NCBI GenBank assembly: GCA_047495785.1
Contig: JBLDXI010000046.1
Location: forward strand, 1,757,301-1,821,300
DNA: 64,000 bases
Origin: Lepidodermella squamata
Taxonomy: Eukaryota > Animalia > Gastrotricha
Direction: 5' to 3'
This document shows positions 58,657 to 64,000 of this stretch, one piece after another. The notes under the pieces were generated by a model. The model was given only the letters and a program-made list of their open reading frames with translations, searched no databases and was not told the origin of the DNA. Made by a program: the position numbers and the translations under genes. Numbering within the stretch: the stretch's first letter is position 1; the number at the start of each line of letters is the position of its first letter.

Positions 58657-58695
58657 TATTGGTAGACCGGTTTCACTATTTCTTCAGTACCAATA
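58657..58695 (-). ncRNA. Minimal type I hammerhead ribozyme, copy 2
   Basis: Identical to 53712-53750; predicted cleavage between 58665 and 58664, 17 nt upstream of the ORF1 ATG (58647). Confidence 0.9.
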
Positions 58696-59424
58696 TCATA
58701 CTTCTGATAGAATTATAACGAGTGACATTATTGTGACAGCGCTATGATAACACCGTACCAGGTGCGTGTGCCTCGGACTATGTTAGGCGCAGCGGATTAG
58801 GATTACAAGGTGTTGTTTCGCGCACACGTGTTACTAAGTTCAAGTTAACTACGGCAGGTGTGCGTCTAGGTGTGCGCACTATATCGGATTAGCGCACAGA
58901 TGTTGTGGCCACTACTTGTTGATCGGTGATTCTAGCCAAATGGGTAACAAGGTGTGCTACTAGGCTGGCGAGGCCTTGATGACGAGCTAACGTGACATCT
59001 GTGCTGTTGAGAGACGACAATTACAATGATGAAGATGACCAATAGAAGATTGACAGCTGACGCAAGGCGTTATTGCCGGCGACATCAAGGTATTGAAAGC
59101 AATAAAAGTCATAAAACAGGATATGCCGATTCTAAGGTCGTTATCGACTTTGGATCTCGCTGCGGGTTACTGGTTGATACCAGGATGGCTTGGCCGCCGT
59201 GGTCGTGCGCGACTATGACTCGCTGACGTCCAGAACATTAGACCTCGCTGCGGGTTACTGGCCGATACCGCGTTGAACAGGCTATAAAACATGAATGGAG
59301 AAACATATAATACTGCGTAATGGTGGTAATTAATCTAATGAATTAATTAAGAATAATTAATAAACGGTCGGTAGCTTTGTTGCTACTCTTGACATCGTCG
59401 CTGGCTACTGGTCGATTGGTTCGG

Positions 59425-61251
59425 CTAGCAGTCTTTCGTTCGGCAGAGTTGCTTGACAACGCTTGGACCGAGTCGGGTGACGAGACGAATGCGTCGCCGG
59501 CGTGCGATGTCGTACAGTGGCTGTAGTGGCCGAACGAACTTCGTTTCGACCGGTGGTCGCCAGTCTTGTTGGTAGCGAAAGTTGTCGACACGATTGCGTA
59601 GGAACGGCCAGTCTTGACCTTCGCAACTTGTGATGACGTCGTGGGCGAGCGCAAAAACATCTGCGTCGACGTAGCCGTACTTGGACGCGGAACTGGCGAG
59701 GCTAAAAATGGCAGAACACAAGTCTTCTGTATTATTGCAAATTCTTAAAAAGTTTAAAATGCGCCCTGTGACTGCGGCCCGGAGAGTCGATTCTGGGTGA
59801 TTGGAGTCAGCGTGTAAGAGAGGCAACGAGTTCATGGGCTTGAAGTAAACGCCGGTTCTGATGGAGCCATCGGGGTACTTGCTCAGGCGGACGTCGAGAA
59901 CATTCGCACGCTCGGAGCTGATCTCGACTTCGAGCTTTATACGTGGATGTAGTGCGCCGTATTCGTTGCCTAGCGTGACTGCGGCCTCTTGAGTGGTGCA
60001 GATTGCGAAGACGTCGTCTCGATACCGTTTGAACAACATCACGTCGGTTTGGCGTTCGACCAGATCGCGCTCGAGCACATAGAGGAACGCGTCCGCTACG
60101 ACTGGGGCACTGTTGGAGCCCATCGGAATTCCGTGCACCTGACGATACTGAATGCCTGAAAAATAGAAAATGTTTGAATTAAGTGTTATTTCGAGCATTG
60201 CGACGACGAGGTCGCGTTCGGGTGCGGTTCCGATTGCGTTCTCGTCCAACATGGTCTTGATCGCTGCGATTCCTTCTCCAATCGGTACGTTGGTGTACAA
60301 GTCGCTCACGTCTGCGGTAAAGAACGTGACGTCGCACCCGCTTGAGTCGATTGCGCGAACAGCGTGTAGTAGGTCGATGGTAGACGAGGCACAGGTAGTC
60401 ATGAACCGGTTAAGCGGTTTGCAGTAAGCTGCGGCGACCTTGTCTGCGGCGGCGAGCGCTGTGCCCAAACAGTCGACAATCGGCCGAATTTTCGGTAGAC
60501 CATCTACGTCAAATGCCTTGTGCATTTTTGGTAAAAAATAAATATGACGATCGCGGGTTGGCTCGAGATCGAGCCCGCGTAACAGCTTGCGTTGTGCGGC
60601 TGTACCGGTTGCCATAACGCGGTCGACGAGAGTCTTCATTGCTTCGAGGCCTCGCTTCTCTTCTGATTCTTCGGCGTGCACATAGTTCGCTGTAGTGAGA
60701 TGTTTGAGCGCCATTTTCGAGTAGTTCGCCTTTGACATGTAGACCATCGCTGCACCTTTGTCAGATTTCTTGAATACGCCGTCTTTGCGGAGGGCGCGTA
60801 ATCGTCGTAGCTGTGGGTCGTCGACGATGGGACCGAGCCGTACTGTGCGAGCTGGCTGTGCGTGGCGGATAACGACTTGTCCGTGGATCCCGATAATCGG
60901 ACCAACGAAGCGCTTTGAGAACGCTACAGAGGGAACCTTGACGTCGAGGCCGTGGTCGGGACGAGGGACGACGGTTGCGCCAAGGAGATCTGAAATGACA
61001 TTAACACAGGCAATTTTATCTTTTTTCGTGAAATTAATGATTTTAAGGCCACGCTCGAGTGCCTGTTTCTCGGCTGGCTGGAGAGTTCCCGTCAGGTCAA
61101 CGACGGACGGTAGAGAACAGCGATGCAGCGTCCCGTACGCTCCGTTTTGGACTAGGGATGGGATGGCCCTGAGCCCGAGCGATCCCGCGAAACCGCGACG
61201 CGATGTCTGCGTGTCTGTCTCCTTTTTCGTGCTTCTCGCGGATGTGTGTGA
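59425..61251 (-). CDS. Penelope-type reverse transcriptase, copy 2 (first ATG at 60747)
   Basis: Translation identical to copy 1. Confidence 0.95.
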   Translation of the reverse strand, partial: SHTSARSTKKETDTQTSRRGFAGSLGLRAIPSLVQNGAYGTLHRCSLPSVVDLTGTLQPAEKQALERGLKIINFTKKDKIACVNVISDLLGATVVPRPDHGLDVKVPSVAFSKRFVGPIIGIHGQVVIRHAQPARTVRLGPIVDDPQLRRLRALRKDGVFKKSDKGAAMVYMSKANYSKMALKHLTTANYVHAEESEEKRGLEAMKTLVDRVMATGTAAQRKLLRGLDLEPTRDRHIYFLPKMHKAFDVDGLPKIRPIVDCLGTALAAADKVAAAYCKPLNRFMTTCASSTIDLLHAVRAIDSSGCDVTFFTADVSDLYTNVPIGEGIAAIKTMLDENAIGTAPERDLVVAMLEITLNSNIFYFSGIQYRQVHGIPMGSNSAPVVADAFLYVLERDLVERQTDVMLFKRYRDDVFAICTTQEAAVTLGNEYGALHPRIKLEVEISSERANVLDVRLSKYPDGSIRTGVYFKPMNSLPLLHADSNHPESTLRAAVTGRILNFLRICNNTEDLCSAIFSLASSASKYGYVDADVFALAHDVITSCEGQDWPFLRNRVDNFRYQQDWRPPVETKFVRPLQPLYDIARRRRIRLVTRLGPSVVKQLCRTKDC

Positions 61252-62522
61252 TCAGACCATTGATTGAGCAGCTCTTGCCGACGTGGCCGCATCGTTTGCC
61301 GCTCGGTAGCTTGAAAGCGCACGACCACTTGCCGTTGTGAAACTCGACGAGTATCGACGGATCGCGTATCTTTTCTTTCTTCCACCATTCGCGGGTGAAC
61401 TCTGCTTTGCTCAAGTTCTTCTGTATGGCGTAGTCTTGCTTTGATAGCGTGGTCGTCGTATCACCCTGCTCTTGACGGACCGACTGAGCGTTCGAACCGT
61501 GCATCGGTGGGTTGTGCGCAGGCGGTCGCGATGCCGGTGCCAGGCGTTTGAGACACGTTCCGGGTTGCCCGTACATTTGTTGCGCCGAGATCGCTTTGAC
61601 GACGGCGGGCTTCTTGGACGGCGCCGGAAGTTCTGTTGGTGACTTGTCTTTCGGGCTGGTGGCACGAGCTCGCTTGGTGGGCACCGAGGCGTTTGGCGCA
61701 CCTGGTCGAGGAGCGTTCTGCGAGACCGCGTTGATCGCTTCACCGAAGAACGAGGCGACCGAGCTGACATCTGAAATAGAATTGCAATTATTAAAACGAG
61801 ATTCGACATTGGCTGCAGCTGCTGCTAGCGCGGTGTCGCTGGCACTGTCGATCGGTGAAGCGTCCTTGCTCGGAGTCTGAGGCAGAGGCGCGGACGTGGG
61901 CGTTAACTGGGCTGCTGTCGATTTGTCGGCAGTGACCGTTTGTGGAGTAGCCGGGCGGGCTACATTGATAGTCGTTGAGTGGTCGGCGGTCGCCGCTGAA
62001 TCGCGGCTGCCACCGTTCTTGGTAACCAAGTTGCTAGCTTCAGAAGTTGACCGAGCGGTAGTCGACGCTGAACCGCGACTGTCAACGCTCTTTGAGACCA
62101 AGTTGCTAGCTTCAGAAGTTGACCGAGCGGTAGTCGACGCTGAACCGCGACTGTCATCGCTCTTTGAGACCGAGTTGCTAGCTTCAGAAGTTGACCGAGC
62201 GGTAGTCGACGCTGAACCGCGACTGTCATCGCTCTTTGAGACCAAGTTGCTAGCTTCAGAAGTTGACCGTGCGGGAATCGAGGCCAAATCGCGACCGAGA
62301 CCTCTCTTCGGTACCAGTGCGTTGATCTGAGCGGTTGAACGTGCGGAAATCCAGGTCGAATCGCGTTCTTCTGTGGTGAGCAAGCCCCAATCACCCGGGC
62401 TCGGATGGCCAGTCTGAGCGGTTGAACCGGGAGCCGCCTTGGGTGTCGGTGGTAACGCTTGACGAGCTGTTTCTGATTGACCTGTCGGCGTAACCGGATT
62501 GACGGCCGGGTCGCTTACGACC
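61097..62522 (-). pseudogene. 5'-truncated ORF1 of the distal copy
   Basis: Matches 56152-57577, then switches abruptly to GGGTTAGGG at 62523. Confidence 0.88.
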
Positions 62523-62561
62523 GGGTTAGGGTTAGGGTTAGGGTTAGGGTTAGGGTTGGGG

Positions 62562-62602
<41 letters not shown>

Positions 62603-62700
62603 GGTTAGGGTTAGGGTTAGGGTTAGGGTTAGGGTTAGGGTTAGGGTTAGGGTTAGGGTTAGGGTTAGGGTTAGGGTTAGGGTTAGGGTTAGGGTTAGGG

Positions 62701-62741
<41 letters not shown>

Positions 62742-62810
62742 GGTTAGGGTTAGGGTTAGGGTTAGGGTTAGGGTTAGGGTTAGGGTTAGGGTTAGGGTTG
62801 GGTTAGGTTA
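62523..62810 (+). repeat. Telomeric (TTAGGG)n tract, ~290 bp, capping the 5'-truncated end of the array
   Basis: Continuous TTAGGG with occasional TTAGGGG/TTTAGGG/TTGGGG variants; non-telomeric DNA resumes at ~62811. Confidence 0.96.
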
Positions 62811-63791
62811 ATTACCAGACGGGAAGCCTAAGCAACCCCGGCATAAAAGCTCTAGCGATCCCTTTCACTCTAGCAACGGTGAGAGGAGAGTAAACCACTT
62901 TTTAATCTGTGGATTAGCAGCAGAGTAAGGTGATGGGCTAAACCGATTTCAATGATCAATTGAAATAAAGGTTGAACGTAAGTCGTGCGTGGAACCATAA
63001 CTTAAAGTTCCATCCAGACAAAAGCCTTAATTGAACCCGAACCATAAGATTGAGGTTAACCGATTGACTCCACATTTGGATTAGTAGTGAGCTATGTCAG
63101 TACCGCATCTAGGGTTTGTTGGTATCGTAGTCCCGGGAACAACCATTAGTGTGGTCATTAGACTCACTACACTCATGAACGATCAATTGACTGTGCGTGC
63201 ACAGGCAATGACGACGGATTGGAATCATTCTATGATCCACTGATGCTTAGACTTTCCCACAACAGACAGTAAAAAGTTGATATAAGTTTGTTGTAACTAG
63301 GGTAGAGATTATCAAACTGTCATCTATCGTTTGTATGTAGAGAGTTCGAGGATGAAATATCTTATCCAGCGACAGGAGTAAGAAACCTCGATTCAAAGGA
63401 ACACGATGGACAACAACATATCGGATGTCTCGGACTACTAAACGAGATGATCTCAATAGAGACCAATAGACAATGACGCATGTTGTGTATTTAGAAACCA
63501 TGGCCAGAGAACAGTGAACTTTAACAGTTAACACTAAAGCTGCAAATACACTGAGTAGTGAACCTTAACTCTTAGCCTGTAGCCTGCGGCTAATTAACTT
63601 TAAAGCATGTCAACTCTTGGAAATAGGCCAAGTTCAAGCAAAATATTACGAAAATTATATCAAATCTTGAAAGAATTTCGCGCCAGAACCCACATGGCAC
63701 TAACATTTAAAGAACGTAAGATAACGCGGTTTGTAAGGCCGTGCTTTGGAGAAATTCTGTCATTCGAGTGGATTTTGTTTTGAGCAACTAA

Positions 63792-63845
63792 AGTCACTGA
63801 TGAGCCTGCTGCCCACAGGCGAAACCGGTCTGACTATTCTGGGCG
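63792..63845 (+). ncRNA. Type I hammerhead ribozyme of a different family, with a possible loop II pseudoknot
   Basis: AGTCA-CTGATGA-GCCTG-CTGCCCA-CAGGC-GAAA-CCGG-TC^TGACT; helix I 5 bp, helix II 5 bp, palindromic helix III; loop TGCCCA complementary to downstream TGGGCG (63840-63845). Confidence 0.9.
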
Positions 63846-64000
63846 TTGCGTATTTTCCATCGTTTACTTGTGATATCCTGGGCCATCCTTCCATGGGTGG
63901 TGCTTTTCCTTGTTGCTCCCCTCAATGGGTGGCTTGTACTCATTGTGCTCCCCTATACGGGTGGCATTTCATGTTTGCTCCCCACTCTCACGAGATGTGT

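Larger units (their letters stand above)
52722..62522 (-). mobile_element. Endonuclease-deficient Penelope-like retroelement (Athena/Coprina-like), head-to-tail array of 1.98 units with a 4945-bp period
   Basis: All ORFs recur at +4945 with identical translations; PLE-type RT; no GIY-YIG domain after the thumb; hammerheads present; TTAGGG tracts on both sides. Confidence 0.93.

Noticed and set aside
62499-62723. ORFs with (GL)n / (RV)n peptides, also at 52446-52736 and 43051-43335
   Set aside because: These are just translations of TTAGGG repeats.
62801-62870. Junction GGTTAATTA resembling the 52727-52735 junction, suggesting a third ORF1-primed insertion
   Set aside because: The equivalent minus-strand frame hits a stop within six codons and shows no ORF1 similarity.

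Overview
Eukaryotic genomic DNA from an invertebrate animal. It has short introns of ~50-70 nt, a paramyosin gene and TTAGGG repeats; the species cannot be determined. The left ~36 kb is ordinary gene-dense sequence: UBL3, four tandem dual-specificity phosphatases, RBM26/27, LARP1, NAA15/16 and paramyosin. The right ~26 kb looks subtelomeric and accessory. It holds a ~175-bp satellite, an intronless secreted protein with an ADP-ribosyltransferase toxin-like domain, an unusual receptor tyrosine kinase, and three internal TTAGGG tracts in the same orientation. The main system is an endonuclease-less Penelope-like retroelement at 52722-62522, a 1.98-unit head-to-tail array with a 4945-bp period between two telomeric tracts. 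Each unit has ORF1 (conserved helical domain, linker, zinc finger), an overlapping RT in the +1 frame whose N-terminal motifs lie upstream of its first ATG, and a minimal hammerhead ribozyme predicted to cut 17 nt upstream of the ORF1 AUG. The array joins the proximal telomeric tract exactly at a telomerase-template-like decamer (RNA 5'-UAACCCUAAC-3') inside the ORF1 coding sequence (Asn-Pro-Asn). A divergent second family at 42527-43255 is joined at the homologous NPN position and is also capped by TTAGGG. Together this suggests telomere-primed reverse transcription from an internal coding-region site, possibly on a ribozyme-generated circular RNA; the mechanism is inference. A further intact hammerhead of another family lies at 63792-63845. 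Exon boundaries, alignments and RNA folds were read by eye; no database searches were run.
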